Assembly: GCA_028826165.1 (NCBI GenBank)
Contig: JAPDFW010000090.1
Span: 186,001 to 250,000, forward strand
Source of the DNA: Anaeramoeba ignava BMAN
Taxonomy: Eukaryota; Protista; Anaeramoebae
Reading direction: 5' to 3'
DNA length: 64,000 nt
Positions 37,901 through 51,900 of the stretch are shown one piece after another. Each line of letters opens with the position of its first letter. Within the stretch, counting starts at the first letter, position 1. The position numbers and the translations under genes were made by a program. The notes below the pieces were generated by a model. That model worked only from the letters and a program-made list of their open reading frames with translations, ran no database searches and was not told where the DNA came from.

Positions 37901-39376
37901 TCATTTGATTTTGAATCAATTTTTGACTTTAAAATTCCTCGAATTGGTTTTTTGATTTTGTTGAAATTGTAATAAATTTTGGTTTTTTTGATCAATAATT
38001 TGTTGAAGAAAATCGAAATACAAATTATCACGATTTTCCTTTGCAATAAAACTTGTTGTAATTGCATTTCTTCTTTTTGATTTTTGTTGAAAAAAAATTG
38101 ATCCAAATTTTGACAATTTAATTTTTTTTAATTTTGTTTTTATATTTTTTAAATTTGGATCATTAAGTGAATTATAAATTGGTAATTTAAAAGTAAGAAA
38201 ATCTGTCATAATTTGGTATTGTTTTAGTTGCCAATCATAAAAAGAAGCTTTTGATGTGAATTTTTCTTTTTGTGAATTCTTTATAAAATAAATAAAATTG
38301 AATTAAATAAAATGAATTGAAATAAAATTAGATTTTTGTTTTACTTTTTTTTGATTCATTCTTGAAAATTTTCGTTTTTGAAAAAATTGTTTTTTTTCAG
38401 GTAATTTAATTTTAAAACGTTCAATAATTTCAAGAGAATTTGGGGGAATTATTTGAACAGAAGAATTAATAATTTTTTGCCAATTCAAAAAAGCTTTTTC
38501 ATATTCTTAAATTAAATTAAAATTAAAATTAAATTAAAATTATGAAAAATTTTTTTTCTTTTTTTACCTTCAAATGTTTCATAATATTTTGGTTTTGGTT
38601 TTTGTGGAATAAGTGAATATTTCCAATTCAAATTTTGTTTTTGTAAAAGTTTTTTTTTTTCTTCATTTAATGAAAAATTTTGTATATCATTTTTTTGTTC
38701 AAATTCACAAGAATTTAAACAATTATTTTGTAATTTAAGTAATTGTTTTTGTTGATTAATAATATTTTTTTGAGTATCTAAAGAGTTTCTTGAAGAATCT
38801 GAATTTTCTTCTTGACTTTTTTTATTCTAGAATTAAATATTAAATTGAATTAAATTGAATTAAATATTAAATATTATATTAAATTAAATATTAAATTAAA
38901 TATTAAATTAAATTTACTGAATGAAAAAAAGGTCTTGGATAAACCCTTCCTAAAATAGAAGGAAGCTTTAAATTTTGTAATTCAAGATTAAATGAATTTT
39001 TCCATTGAATAATTGCATTTGAAAATTCTTTATAAGTTTTAAAATCTTCTGAATTTGGAAATTTTGTAAATGAATTCGTTGATAAATTTTGTTGAATTTC
39101 GAAATAATTATGATCATATTTAAACCCATTTAAATCAAGAAAAAATATATCTTTTGAATTTTCTTGATTTTCTTTATTATTTTGACAGGTTTGGTTGATT
39201 ATTTTTTGTTTTATTTAAATGGGAAAAAAAAAATTAAATCAAAATTAGAATTTTATTTTTAAATTTTTTTTAATAATAAGAAAAAATCAAAAAAAAATTT
39301 TTTTTTCTTTTTTCTGAATTTAAATACCCTTTATAATAGAATTAATTTGCATTTTATTTGGATTAGTTTTGTTCAT
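34960..39376 (-). CDS. Multi-exon large helical protein, Sca1-complex scaffold (ScaA)-like; first exons 39376-39328, 39171-38918, 38826-38568, 38505-38345; 3' end approximate
   Basis: First introns are GT-AG and in frame. Duplicated motif FPNSEDFKTYKEFSNAIIQWK..LPSILGRVYPRP and PKPKYYETFEEYEKAFLNWQ. ORFs 37196..37441 and 35305..36468 are internal exons. The family name is from recall only. Confidence 0.55.
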
Positions 39377-39701
39377 TTATTTTATAATAAAAATAATAAT
39401 AAAAAAAAAAAGAGAAAAATGAAAAATCCAAAAAAAAAAAAATCAAATCCAAATAAAAGAAAAATTTTTAAATTAAAAAGTTAAAAAGAAATTTTTTAAA
39501 GAAAATTTTGTCTTTTTATTTTTTGAATCAAAATCAAAATCTAAATTCAAAATTAAATTCAAAATCTAAATCAAAATCAAAATTAAAAATCAAAATCAAA
39601 ATCAAAATCAAAATCAAATGAAAAATTTTTTGGATTTTTTTTTTGGATTGAAAAAAGAAAGAAAGAAAGAAAAGAAAAGAAAAGAAAAGAAAATGTTTTT
39701 T

Positions 39702-41894
39702 TTAGATTAATTTCTGGTCTTCATCATCTTGTATTGTTGAAACGTTTTTTGATTTAGATTTTCTTTTAAAGAAAACAAAGAAAACAACAATAACCAAAAT
39801 GATAGCAAGAGGAATACCCAAACCAACACCTAAACCAACAGCAAGATGAGAATTACTTTCAGAAACAGGAACAGGAACAGGAGAAGGAGAAGGAGAAGGA
39901 ATAATACCATTTTCAAAAACTTTAATAATTTGACCTGGATTAGTATAAGTTCCATAATATGCTAAATGTTTATTTTCATCATAATAAACACTTAATGGAT
40001 ATCCTTTTCCTGTTGAAATTGTATTGATTTTTGAAAGACAGAAATTTGTTAAATCAAATTCTATTAATTTTCCTGGAAATGTTAATGTTGAAAATACTCC
40101 AATATTATATTCATTATCAATAAATCCTGATGAAAAATATGATGTTGATGAACTACTTATTAATCCAACTGCTTGAAAATTTGAAAGATCAATTTTGATA
40201 ATAGATCCTATTATTGTATTACTTCCAAAATATCCATATTTGTTTTGATTATCAATCATTGATGTTGATAATGAACTTTGTTCTGTTTCTAAATTGATTT
40301 TTCCAATTCTTTCAAAATTTGATAATCTAAGTTTGATTATACTACTTGGATATGAATTAATTCCAAAATATCCATATTCTCCATTTGAATCAATAAATCC
40401 TGTTGATACTGATTTTTCTCCTGATTCAAATACATATGTGTTTAATTTGGTAAATGTTCCTAAATTAATTTTAATTATCATTCCTGGATTTGTATTTGTT
40501 CCAAAATATCCAATTTGATTTTGATTATCAATTAAAGATAAAATTAATTCATTTTCTGGTTCATCTAAAGGAAGAATATCCATCAAAGTAAAAGTCTCTA
40601 AATTGAATTTGAAAATTGCTGCAGGTGATGTATCTGTTCCAAAATAAAGAATTTTGTTTATTGAATCAACGGCACCTGTTGTTATTCCTCCGAAAGAATC
40701 AGGAATATCAAGTCTATCAACAACAACAAGATCTGAAAGTCTCATTTTAATAATAACAGGTGGAAAACTTTCAGTTGCGAAATATCCATATCCTTCAATA
40801 GAATCAATAGCTCCTGCTTTAATTTTGTTTTCAGGTGGTGTTAATTCAATCGAATCAATTTCAATAAAATCATGAAGTTCTACTTTAATAACATATCCTG
40901 GAAAAGTATGTGTTCCAAAATATACAAATCCAGCTCCTGGATCGATATTACTTGTCATAATATTACTTCCTCCTTCACTTAATGTGAGATTTGATAAAAT
41001 TGAAAAATTTGTTAATGAAATTTGAACAATTATTGCTGGTTGTGTGTAACTTCCAATAAAAAGTGAACCATTCAATGGATTAATCATTAAATCAAATGTT
41101 GGATAAACTTGAGATGATAAATTTAATGTATTTGTTATAATAAATGATGAACCATGTATTTTAAGTACTTTATTAGGTGAAGATTCAACAATAAAATAAA
41201 CCATATCATGAACTGGATCATATTGTCCCGCTCTAACTCCTCCATAACTTGAATCAAGTGTAATTTCATCAACTTTTTCAAAAATTGTAAGATTAATTTT
41301 GATAATTTTAGCAGGAACATTATAAGTTCCAAGATAAAGAATTTGATTTTGAGTATCAATAGCAAGTCCTTCAATACTATTTTCTTCTTCTGAAAGATTA
41401 TAAATTGAAATTATTGAAAAATTTGTGAGATTAACTTTAATAATTGAACCAGGATCTGTATTTGAACCAAAATAACCAATTGAATTTTTATCATCAACAG
41501 CAGATGTTGAAATTGGTGAAATTTGTTCAGGAATAGTTAAATTTGAAATGAATGAAAAAGTTGATAAATTAATCATAATAAGTTGACTTGGAATCGTACT
41601 TGTTGCAAAATAAGCAAGTTCTTTTTCTCTATCAATTATTCCAGTACTTATATAATCTAATCCTTCTTGAAGTGTTAAAGTTGATATTTTTGTAAAATTA
41701 CTTAAACTTATCTTTATTATTTGAGCTGGAGATGTACTTGTTCCAAAATAAATGAATTCATTTGGTGTATCAATTATTGAACACATTAAATTATTTTCAC
41801 CTATATTTAATGTAGTTATTCCTTGTTCAATTAATTCTGTGTTTGTAAAATTTATTAAAATTATTATAATTATTAAAATTATTTTTTTTATCAT
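39702..41894 (-). CDS. Type I membrane protein: signal peptide, ~14 repeats of ~44 aa (probable double beta-propeller), P/S linker, TM helix, short tail
   Basis: MIKKIILIIIIILINFTNT signal; repeated ID...YFGTxTxPxxIIKIxL; PSPSPSPVPVP; LAVGLGVGLGIPLAIILVIVVFFVFF then KRK. Confidence 0.88.
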   Translation of the reverse strand: MIKKIILIIIIILINFTNTELIEQGITTLNIGENNLMCSIIDTPNEFIYFGTSTSPAQIIKISLSNFTKISTLTLQEGLDYISTGIIDREKELAYFATSTIPSQLIMINLSTFSFISNLTIPEQISPISTSAVDDKNSIGYFGSNTDPGSIIKVNLTNFSIISIYNLSEEENSIEGLAIDTQNQILYLGTYNVPAKIIKINLTIFEKVDEITLDSSYGGVRAGQYDPVHDMVYFIVESSPNKVLKIHGSSFIITNTLNLSSQVYPTFDLMINPLNGSLFIGSYTQPAIIVQISLTNFSILSNLTLSEGGSNIMTSNIDPGAGFVYFGTHTFPGYVIKVELHDFIEIDSIELTPPENKIKAGAIDSIEGYGYFATESFPPVIIKMRLSDLVVVDRLDIPDSFGGITTGAVDSINKILYFGTDTSPAAIFKFNLETFTLMDILPLDEPENELILSLIDNQNQIGYFGTNTNPGMIIKINLGTFTKLNTYVFESGEKSVSTGFIDSNGEYGYFGINSYPSSIIKLRLSNFERIGKINLETEQSSLSTSMIDNQNKYGYFGSNTIIGSIIKIDLSNFQAVGLISSSSTSYFSSGFIDNEYNIGVFSTLTFPGKLIEFDLTNFCLSKINTISTGKGYPLSVYYDENKHLAYYGTYTNPGQIIKVFENGIIPSPSPSPVPVPVSESNSHLAVGLGVGLGIPLAIILVIVVFFVFFKRKSKSKNVSTIQDDEDQKLI

Positions 41895-42019
41895 TTTTTT
41901 TATTTTTAAATTAAATGAGAAAAATGAAAAATAAAATTTTTAATAAAAATTATTTTCAAAAAAATTTTTTTTTTAGGGTTTTATTTTAACAATAAATCCT
42001 TAAAAAATTTCATCATCAT

Positions 42020-43140
42020 TTTTATTCGAATTTATTCCAATTTTTATTTAGATTTTTATTTAGATTTTTATTCCAATTTTTATTTATATTTTTATTTATA
42101 TTTTTATTTATATTTTTATTTATATTTTTATTTATATTTTTATTTATATTTTTATTTATATTTTTATTTAGATTTTTATTTAGATTTTTATTTAGATTTT
42201 TATTTAGATTTTTATTTAGATTTTTATTTTTATTCCAATTTTTATTTATATTTTTATTCCAATTTTTATTTATATTTTTATTTTATTTATATTTTTATTT
42301 AATTTTTATTTTATTTTTATTTATATTTTTATTTTATTTTTATTTTTTATTCAATTTTTATTTTTATTTTATATTTTTTTTTATTTTTTAATTTTTATTT
42401 ATATTTTTTATTTATATTTTTATTTAGATTTTTATTTATATTTTTTTTATTCCAATTTTTATTTATGTTTTTTATTTTTATATTTTTATTTTATATTTTT
42501 ATTCCAATTTTTATTTAGATTTTTATTTCAGTTTTTTATATTTTTTTTATTTATATTTTTTATTTAGATTTTTATTCCAATTTTTATTTAATTTTTATTC
42601 AATTTTTATTTAGATTTTTATTTCAATTTTTATTCCAATTTTTATTCCTATTTTTATTTATATTTTTATTTATATTTTTATTTATATTTTTATTTATATT
42701 TTTATTCCAATTTTTATTTAGATTTTTATTTCAATTTTTATTTATATTTTTATTTATATTTTTATTTCAATTTTTATTTATATTTTTATTTAGATTTTTA
42801 TTCCAATTTTTATTCCAATTTTTATTTTGATTTTTATTCCAATTTTTATTCCAATTTTTATTCCAATTTTTATTTAGATTTTTATTCCAATTTTTATTCC
42901 AATTTTTATTTAGATTTTTATTTATATTTTTATTTATATTTTTATTTAGATTTTTATTCCACTTTTTATTCCAATTTTTATTTTGATTTTTATTTAGATT
43001 TTTATTTATATTTTTATTTATATTTTTATTTAGATTTTTATTTAGATTTTTTATTTCAATTTTTATTCCAATTTTTATTTTGATTTTTATTTTTATTTTT
43101 ATTTATATTTTTATTTAGATTTTTATTTAGATTTTGGATT
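42020..43140. repeat. 12-bp minisatellite (TTTTTATTTATA/TAGA/CCAA), same family as 25215-27010, separating the tandem duplicates
   Basis: Tandem units visible. Confidence 0.93.
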
Positions 43141-43175
43141 GAAAAAAAAAATCAAATTCAAATTCAAATTCAAAT

Positions 43176-45373
43176 TCAAAAACGAGCATAATTGTTTTCT
43201 CTTGGATCAGTTGATGAAGTCTTGTTCCCTTTAGATTTTCTCTTTCTAAAAATAAAGAAAGCAGCAACAACAAAAATCAAAATAAGAGGAATAGTCAAAC
43301 CAACACCTAAACCAACATCAAGATGAGAATTACTTTCAGAAACAGGAACAGGAACAGGAGAAGGAGAAGGAGAAGGAATAATACCATTTTCAAAGACTTT
43401 AATAATTTGACCTGGATTAGTATAAGTTCCATAATATGCTAAGTGTTTATTTTCATCATAATAAACACTTAATGGATATCCTTTTCCTGTTGAAATTGTA
43501 TTGATTTTCGAAAGACAGAAATTTGTTAAATCAAATTCTATTAATTTTCCTGGAAATGTTAATGTTGAAAATACTCCAATATTATATTCATTATCAATAA
43601 ATCCTGATGAAAAATATGATGTTGATGAACTACTTATTAATCCAACTGCTTGAAAATTTGAAAGATCAATTTTGATAATAGATCCTATTATTGTATTACT
43701 TCCAAAATATCCATATTTGTTTTGATTATCAATCATTGATGTTGATAATGAACTTTGTTCTGTTTCTAAATTGATTTTTCCAATTCTTTCAAAATTTGAT
43801 AATTTAAGTTTAATTATACTACTTGGATATGAATTAATTCCAAAATATCCATATTCTCCATTTGAATCAATAAATCCTGTTGATACTGATTTTTCTCCTG
43901 ATTCAAATACATATGTGTTTAATTTGGTAAATGTTCCTAAATCAATTTTAATTATCATTCCTGGATTTGTATTTGTTCCAAAATATTCAATTTGATTTTG
44001 ATTATCAATTAAAGAGAAAATTAATTCATTTTCTGGTTCATCTAAAGGAAGGAAATCAGTCATGGAAAAAGTTTGTAAGCTAATTTGAAGAATGACTCCA
44101 GGTGATGTATCTGTTCCAAAATAAAGATTTTTGTTTATTGAATCAATAATTCCTGTTGTTATTCTTCCGAAAAAACCAAGAATATCAAGTCTATCAACAA
44201 CAACAAGATCTGAAAGTCTCATTTTAATAATAACAGGTGGAAAACTTTCAGTTGCGAAATATCCATATCCTTCAATAGAATCAATAGCTCCTGCTTTAAT
44301 TTTGTTTTCAGGTGGTGTTAATTCAATCAGAATCAATTTCAATAAAATCATGAAGTTCTACTTTAATAACATATCCTGGAAAAGTATGTGTTCCAAAATA
44401 TATAAATCCAGCTCCTGGATCGATATTACTTGTCATAATATTGTTTCCTCCTTCACTTAATGTGAGATTTGATAAAATTGAAAAATTTGTTAATGAAATT
44501 TGAACAATTATTGCTGGTTGTGTGTAACTTCCAATAAAAAGTGAACCATTCAATGAATCAATCATTAAATCAAATGTTGGATAAACTTGAGATGATAAAT
44601 TTAATGTATTTGTTATAATAAATGATGAACCATGTATTTTAAGTACTTTATTAGGTGAAGATTCAACAACAAAATAAACCATATCATGAACTGGATCATA
44701 TTGTCCTGCTCTAACTCCTCCATAACTTGAATCAAGTGTAATTTCATCAACTTTTTCAAAAATTGTAAGATTAATTTTGATAATTTTAGCAGGAACATTA
44801 TAAGTTCCAAGATAAAGAATTTGATTTTGAGTATCAATAGCAAATCCTTCAATACTATTTTCTTCTTCTGAAAGGTTATAAATTGAAATTATTGAAAAAT
44901 TTGTGAGATTAACTTTAATAATTGAACCAGGATCTGTATTTGAACCAAAATAACCAATTGAATTTTTATCATCAACAGCAGATGTTGAAATTGGTGAAAT
45001 TTGTTCAGGAATAGTTAAATTTGAAATGAATGTAGAAAGTTGATAAATTTATCATAATAAGTTGACTTGGAATTGTACTTGTTGCAAAATAAGCAAGTTC
45101 TTTTTCTCTATCAATTATTCCAGTACTTATATAATCTAATCCTTCTTGAAGTGTTAAAGTTGATATTTTTGTAAAATTACTTAAACTTATCTTTATTATT
45201 TGAGCTGGAGATGTACTTGCTCCAAAATAAATGAATTCATTTGGTGTATCTATTATTGAACACATTAAATTATTTTCACCTATATTTAATGTAGTTATTC
45301 CTTGTTCAATTAGTTCTGTGTTTGTAAAATTTATTAAAATTATTATAATTATTAAAATTATTTTTTTTATCAT
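43176..45373 (-). CDS. Near-identical tandem paralogue of 39702..41894 with two +1 frameshifts (~45033, ~44329); pseudogene or assembly error
   Basis: Collinear at nucleotide level: AATGAAAAAG vs AATGTAGAAAG and CAATCGAATC vs CAATCAGAATC. Confidence 0.85.
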
Positions 45374-46086
45374 TTTTTTTATTTTTAAATTAAATTAGAA
45401 AAATGAAAAATAAAATTTTTTTTTGATTGTTCGATTATTTTTGATCAAAAGAATTAAAGAAAAAAAATTTTTTTAGATGAAAGCAAAAAATTAAAAGAAA
45501 AAAATAATTAAAAAAAAAAAATTACTGACTCATTTATTTTCAAAATAAAAATTTAATTAAAAATAACTATTATTATTATTATTACTATTATTATTATTAT
45601 TGATTATTTTTATTATTGATTAAAAAAATAATTTAAAAAACAAAGATCTATTTTAAAAAGATTTTTAAACAGTTTGAAAATAATAATAATAATAATAATT
45701 AAAAAGGAAATAATTTTTAAGAAAGTTTAACTTCTCATTTTTGCTTTTTTAAATTTTTCTTTTTTAATTTTTCATTTTGATCTTTTTTTTTACATAAATT
45801 TTAAATTTTAAATTTTTAAATTTTTTTATAAACTTTCAATATAAATTTTTTCCATTTTTTTTTTTACAATTCAATCCTTTTTTTTCATTTTAAATTTTCA
45901 TTTTTAAATTTTCATTTTCTTTTTTTTTTTATTATTTTTTAAATAAATCTTTAAATTTGAATTTTTTTTTTTTTTTTTTTAAAATATGAATTCGGGACAA
46001 ATTTTTTTTTGGATAAAAAATAGGATAAAAAAGAGGATTAAGGAAAAAGAAATAAAAAAGAAAATGAGAATTAAATGAGAGATAAA

Positions 46087-47441
46087 TCATTGATAATAAG
46101 GATGAAAGGATCTAAATCTTGGTCTATAAGAAGGTCTTCTATAAGGATTAAAGGATCTTCCTCTTGAAAAGCCTCTTCCTCTTGGAAATCCTCTTGCGCG
46201 TGGATAGTAACTTCTTGCTCTTTCTCGTGCTAGTATAAATCGTGGTACATTCGTTCTTTTTATTGTAACATGTATTATTCTTCCCCGAAATTCTTGTTCG
46301 TCTAATTTTAATGCTTCTTCTACTGATTCTTTATCTGCAAATTCTATATATGCATGTCTTTTTTTTTAATTTTTTAAAGAATTTTAATTTTAATTTTAAT
46401 TTTAATTTTAAATTTAATTTTAATTTTAATTTTAATTTTAATTTTAAATTTAATTTTAATTTTAAATTTAATTTTTAATTTTAATTTTAAATTTAAATTT
46501 AATTTTAATTTTAATTTTAATTTTAATTTTAATTTTGATTTTAATTTTAATTTTAATTTTAATTTTAATTTTAATTTTAATTTTAATTTTATAAATGAAT
46601 TTTAATTTTAATTTTAATTTTATAAATTAATTTTAATTTTAATTTTAATTTTAATTTTAATTTTAATTTTAATTTTAATTTTAATTTTAATTTTAATTTT
46701 AATTTTAATTTTTAATTTTAATTTTAATTTTAATTTTAATTTTAATTTTTAATTTTAATTTTAATTTTAATTTTAATTTTAATTTTAATTTTAATTTTAA
46801 TTTTAATTATAATTTTAATTTTAATTTTAATTTTAATTTTAATTTTAATTTTAATTTTAATTTTAATTTTAATTTTAATTTTAATTTTTAATTTTAATTT
46901 TAATTTTTAATTTATAATTTTGATTTTAATAAAAAATACCCTTTTGGATGTTTTGTAATTTTATCTTGAAGTATTTTTATTCTATTAATTTTTCCACAAG
47001 ATTCAAAAAAAGATTCTAATTCACTTGCAGTTGAACTAAAATCAACATTTTGAACAAAAATAGATCTAGAATCAGCTTCTTCTAATAAATTTTAATTTAA
47101 TTTTTTAATTTAATTTTTTAATTTAATTTTTTAATTTAATTTTTTAAATGAATTTTTTATTTTTATTCAAAATTACCTTGTGGTGTTGATAAAATATCAG
47201 ATTGAGTTTGTGAAAAATCATCTTGAAGTTCTTTTTCAAGATTTTCTATGTCTTCAGTTTCTTGATCTTGATCTTGATATTCTTGTTCATCTGTTTCTTT
47301 GTTTTCTTGTTCTTTTGATTCTGTTTTTTTTTCTTTTTCTTTTCCTTTTTCTTCTTTATTTTTTTTGAATTTTTCTTCTTGTTCTGTTTCTTTTTGTTCT
47401 TCATCTTCATCGAATCGAATAATAAGTTCTGAAGTTGTCAT
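46087..47441 (-). CDS. PABPN1: Nuclear poly(A)-binding protein 2; exons 47441-47177, 47081-46940, 46357-46087
   Basis: Acidic N-terminus, [47 protein letters not shown], RG-rich tail ending FHPYYQ*. Confidence 0.92.
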
Positions 47442-47534
47442 TTTATTTTAGAAAACTAAAAAAAAAAATGAAAAAAAAAATTAAAAAAAAAATTTAAAAA
47501 AAATTTTTTTAAAACGTTAAAAATATAAATAACG

Positions 47535-48890
47535 TCATTTAAATTTTATTTAAATTAAATAGAACAAATAATTTATTTGAATAAACTTGATAATTATTTA
47601 ATTAAATATTGAAATAAAATTATTAAAATATTTTATAATTATTATTTCATTAATTAAATATATTTTTAATTAATTTTTATTTTTAAATTTATTTAAATTA
47701 AATAGAATAAATAATTTATTTGGATAAACTTGTTAATTATTTAATTAGATATTGAAATAAAATTATTAAAATATTTTATCATTATTATTTCATTAATTAA
47801 ATATATTTTTAATTAATTTTTATTTTTAAATTTTATTTAAATTAAATAGGATAAATAATTTATTTGGATAGACTTGATAATTATTTAATTAAATATTGAA
47901 ATAAAATTATTAAAATATTTTATTATTATTATTTCATTAATTAAATATATTTTTAATTAATATTTATTTTTAATTTTATTTAAATTAAATAGAATAAATA
48001 ATTTATTTGGATAAATTTGATAATTATTTAATTAAATATTGAAATAAAATTATTAAAATATTTTATTATTATTATTTCATTAATTAAATATATTTAATTA
48101 ATTTTATTTTTAATTTTATTTAAATTAAATAGAATAAATAATTTATTTGGATAAATTTGTTAATTATTTAATTAAATATTGAAATAAAATTATTAAAATA
48201 TTTTATTATTTTTATTTTATTAATTAAATATATTTTTAATTAATTTTTATTTTTAAATTTATTTAAATTAAATAGAATAAATAATTTATTTGAATAAACT
48301 TGTTAATTATTTAATTAAATATTGAAATAAAATTATTAAAAATATTTTATCATTTTTATTTCATTAATTAAATATATTTTTAATTAATATTTATTTTTAA
48401 TTTTATTTAAATTAAATAGAATAAATAATTTATTTGGATAGATTTGATAATTATTTAATTAAATATTGAAATAAAAATTATTAAAATATTTTATTATTAT
48501 TATTTCATTAATTAAATATATTTTTAATTAATTTTTATTTTTAATTTTATTTAAATTAAATAGAATAAATAATTTATTTGAATAAACTTGTTAATTATTT
48601 AATTAGATATTGAAATAAAATTATTAAAATATTTTATTATTATTATTTCATTAATTAAATATATTTTTAATTAATTTTTATTTTTAATTTTATTTAAATT
48701 AAATAGAACAAATAATTTATTTGAATAAACTTGTTAATTATTTAATTAAATATTGAAATAAAATTATTAAAATATTTTATTATTTTTATTTCATTAATTA
48801 AATATATTTTTATTAATTTTTATTTTTAATTTTATTTGAATTAAATAGAATAAATAATTTATTTGAATAAACTTGGTAATTATTTAATTA
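47535..48890. repeat. Minisatellite with ~143-bp unit (about 9.5 copies) between divergent PABPN1 and Rad50-like genes
   Basis: GAAATAAAATTATTAAAA recurs at 47611, 47754, 47898, 48041, 48181, 48324, 48468, 48612, 48755. Confidence 0.96.
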
Positions 48891-48973
48891 GAAAAAAAAA
48901 TGGGAGAAATAATTTTTTTTTTCATTTTTTTTTCATTTTTTTTTTCTATTTTCAATTTCTTTTCCAAAAAAAA

Positions 48974-51900
48974 ATGAATGGAAAATTTGAACCAACATTA
49001 AAATATTTAACCTTTTCAGGATTTCGTTCATTTCCAGATGATAAAAAAATAAAAATAGAATTCAATGAACCATTAACGATAATTTATGGAAAAAATCAAT
49101 CAGGAAAATCAACGATAAATGAAATATTAAAAATGGGGTTTACATTTGCAAAAGTGCCAGGAGTGGCCTATAAAAATATATTAAATCCAACAGCAAAAAA
49201 AGGGTTTATTAAATATAAATTGGAGTTGAGAAATAAATCACCTTTAATTTTTGAATGGGAAATGAATAGAAAAGGAACATCAAGCAAACCACGTTTAATT
49301 CTTCCTGATAATTCAGATGAATATATCGAACCCACTCAAGAAGAATACAAGAATATAATATCAAATTTGTTAGGAATCACTCCTGATTTTGTGTCTATGA
49401 TTATATTTCCAAAACAAGAATCAGAAAATTTATTATTAAGTAAACAAAATCAAACAGCATTTTCAAAAATGATGAGGAAGTTGATGGGATTTGAAAGGTT
49501 GTTTGATACTTTAAGAACGTATGAAGAACAAAGAAAAGAGTTATTGAAACAAATTGAAAAAAACCCAGAAAACAAATCAAGTTCAAAAAATTCAAAAAAT
49601 CCAAAAAATGCAAAAAATTCAAAAAATGCAAAAAGTCCAAAAAGTTCAAAAATTTAAGTCAAACTATTCAAAATAACCCAAATATACAAGAAATTGATAA
49701 AAAAATACAAAATCTCAAGGATGCACTCCATAAATCAAACAAAATAGAAAAATGGAAAAGTGAATTAGAATTGGAATATGAACACAAAAGAAATTTAGAT
49801 CATATTCTACAAGTATATAAAGAAGATATAAATCAAACACAGAAAAAATTCACAGAAATGATAAAAGAAATCAAAAAAATTGAAATTCACATACCTCAAC
49901 TTGAAAATGAAGAAAAACAATACCAATCTATTGTTCAGATAAAAAGAATTGATATCGAAAAAACAAAACAAGAAATTATCACCAAAACTTCCAAGTTATT
50001 TCAAACTTGGCAAATAAATATGAGTCCAAATTCATTTCTGAATAAATCTGACACTCAAATTTTTCATCTTTTTTCACAAGTATTTGGTCAAATACAACAA
50101 AAAATGCAGCAAAATGATCAAATATCCAAAGAATTTGAAGCTTTAGTTGGATATGAAACAAAATTAAGTCAAATTAGATCAAAAAATGAATATTATAACA
50201 AGAAGCTAGAAAATTATCCAAAAGAAAAGCTAGCCAAATTGAAAAAAATCCAACAAAAATATACACTTTATTCAGAGAAAATCTCAAAAATTCATTTAGT
50301 TATCGATTTTATTAAGCACTCAGATTTATCCTTTGGCAACTTTGATTTGCAATCAATCTTTCAAAATCCTCAAAATTCTTCTAATATTCAAGAATCAAAT
50401 ATTCCCATTGAAAATTATCTTTCAAATTTGAAAATAGTTAGGAAAATATTGGAGTATCAAATCAAATTTGTAAAAAAACTTAATAAGAAAAACTTTGAAG
50501 AATATATCCAAAGAATCGAAAATGAAAATCAAGGAATTATCAATTTTAAATTGAACGAGAAGCTAATAAATATCGAAAAAGAATTAGATAAACTGCCCAA
50601 TCAAAATATTGATAAGAAAACAATACATCATTTAATTTCTGAAACTAAAACTACAAATCAGAACGAAATTGATTCAAGGATGAATAATAAAAAAGAACTA
50701 GAAATTGAAAATGATATTCGTTTATATATTCAATTAATCAAAAATTGGCAAGAAAATAACATTTCGTCTGAATCAAAGGAATCTAAATATAATTTTTCCG
50801 TTTCAACAAATTTCTTCTTTTTATGACAACAAAAACCAAAATAATCAAAATAATCAAAATGAAATTCAGAAACAAATTGAAGAACTGATCCAAAGAGTTA
50901 TCCAAAATCCAGATTTAAATGAAAATATAAAGCAAATCCAAATTCAAGAGTTTGAAAAATCAATCAAAATAATTAATGAAAATTTAACTCAAAAGAAAGA
51001 TTTAACTCAATTTAACAAAAACTTATCATTTCTTCAAAGAACTACTTCATCAGCAAAGAAAATCTTGAAACTAAAAAAGAAACAAGAAAAATATCAAGAA
51101 ATTATTCAAAAACAAAGCATTTCACAAAAAAGTGCAGAGAAAATGATTCAAAAAATAAGCAAAAATAAAGAAGCTCAAAATCCATTCAATATTCAACAAA
51201 TAATTTCATGGAAAAAAGCATTTCTTAATAACCAAGTATTGATTAGTGATTTAAAAGAAATAATTAACCAAATTATGAATTTAAAAGGAAAATTAGAAAA
51301 TTTTAAGAATTCAATTGAAGTTAAAAAATATGATTCGATTATAAATCAAATCGATATGGAAAAACAAAAAGCAAAATTTAATGAGGTTCAAATCCAAAAA
51401 GAAAAAGAAAAAGAACAAGAAAAGGAAAAAGAAAAGCAAAAAATTTTTGGAGAGTATGAGGAATGCGAAAAGAAAATTTCTCATTATAAACAAAAACTTG
51501 ATTTTGAAAAAACAATTAAATCCAAACAACCGAATATAATCGAAAGAGAAATCAAAAAATTGGAGAAACAAAAAGAAAAATTGAAAAAAGAAATTGCTTT
51601 AAATAAATATGAAGGAAATGAAAATACAAATGAAAATACAAATGAAAATACAAATGAAAATACAAATGAAAATACAAATGAAAATGAAAATATAGAATTA
51701 TTTGTGAAACAAATAGAAAAAGAATATAATCTTTTAGTCAAAATTTTGAAGGAAAAAAGGGATGAATATATTGATGAAATTAATAACAAATTAAATATTT
51801 ATTGGAGAGGATTTTCATCACAAAAAGGATTAAGTCGAATTAGTTTAAGAACAGCACCAACTACTTTACCACTTTTTGAAGACAATCCAATCAAAGATCC

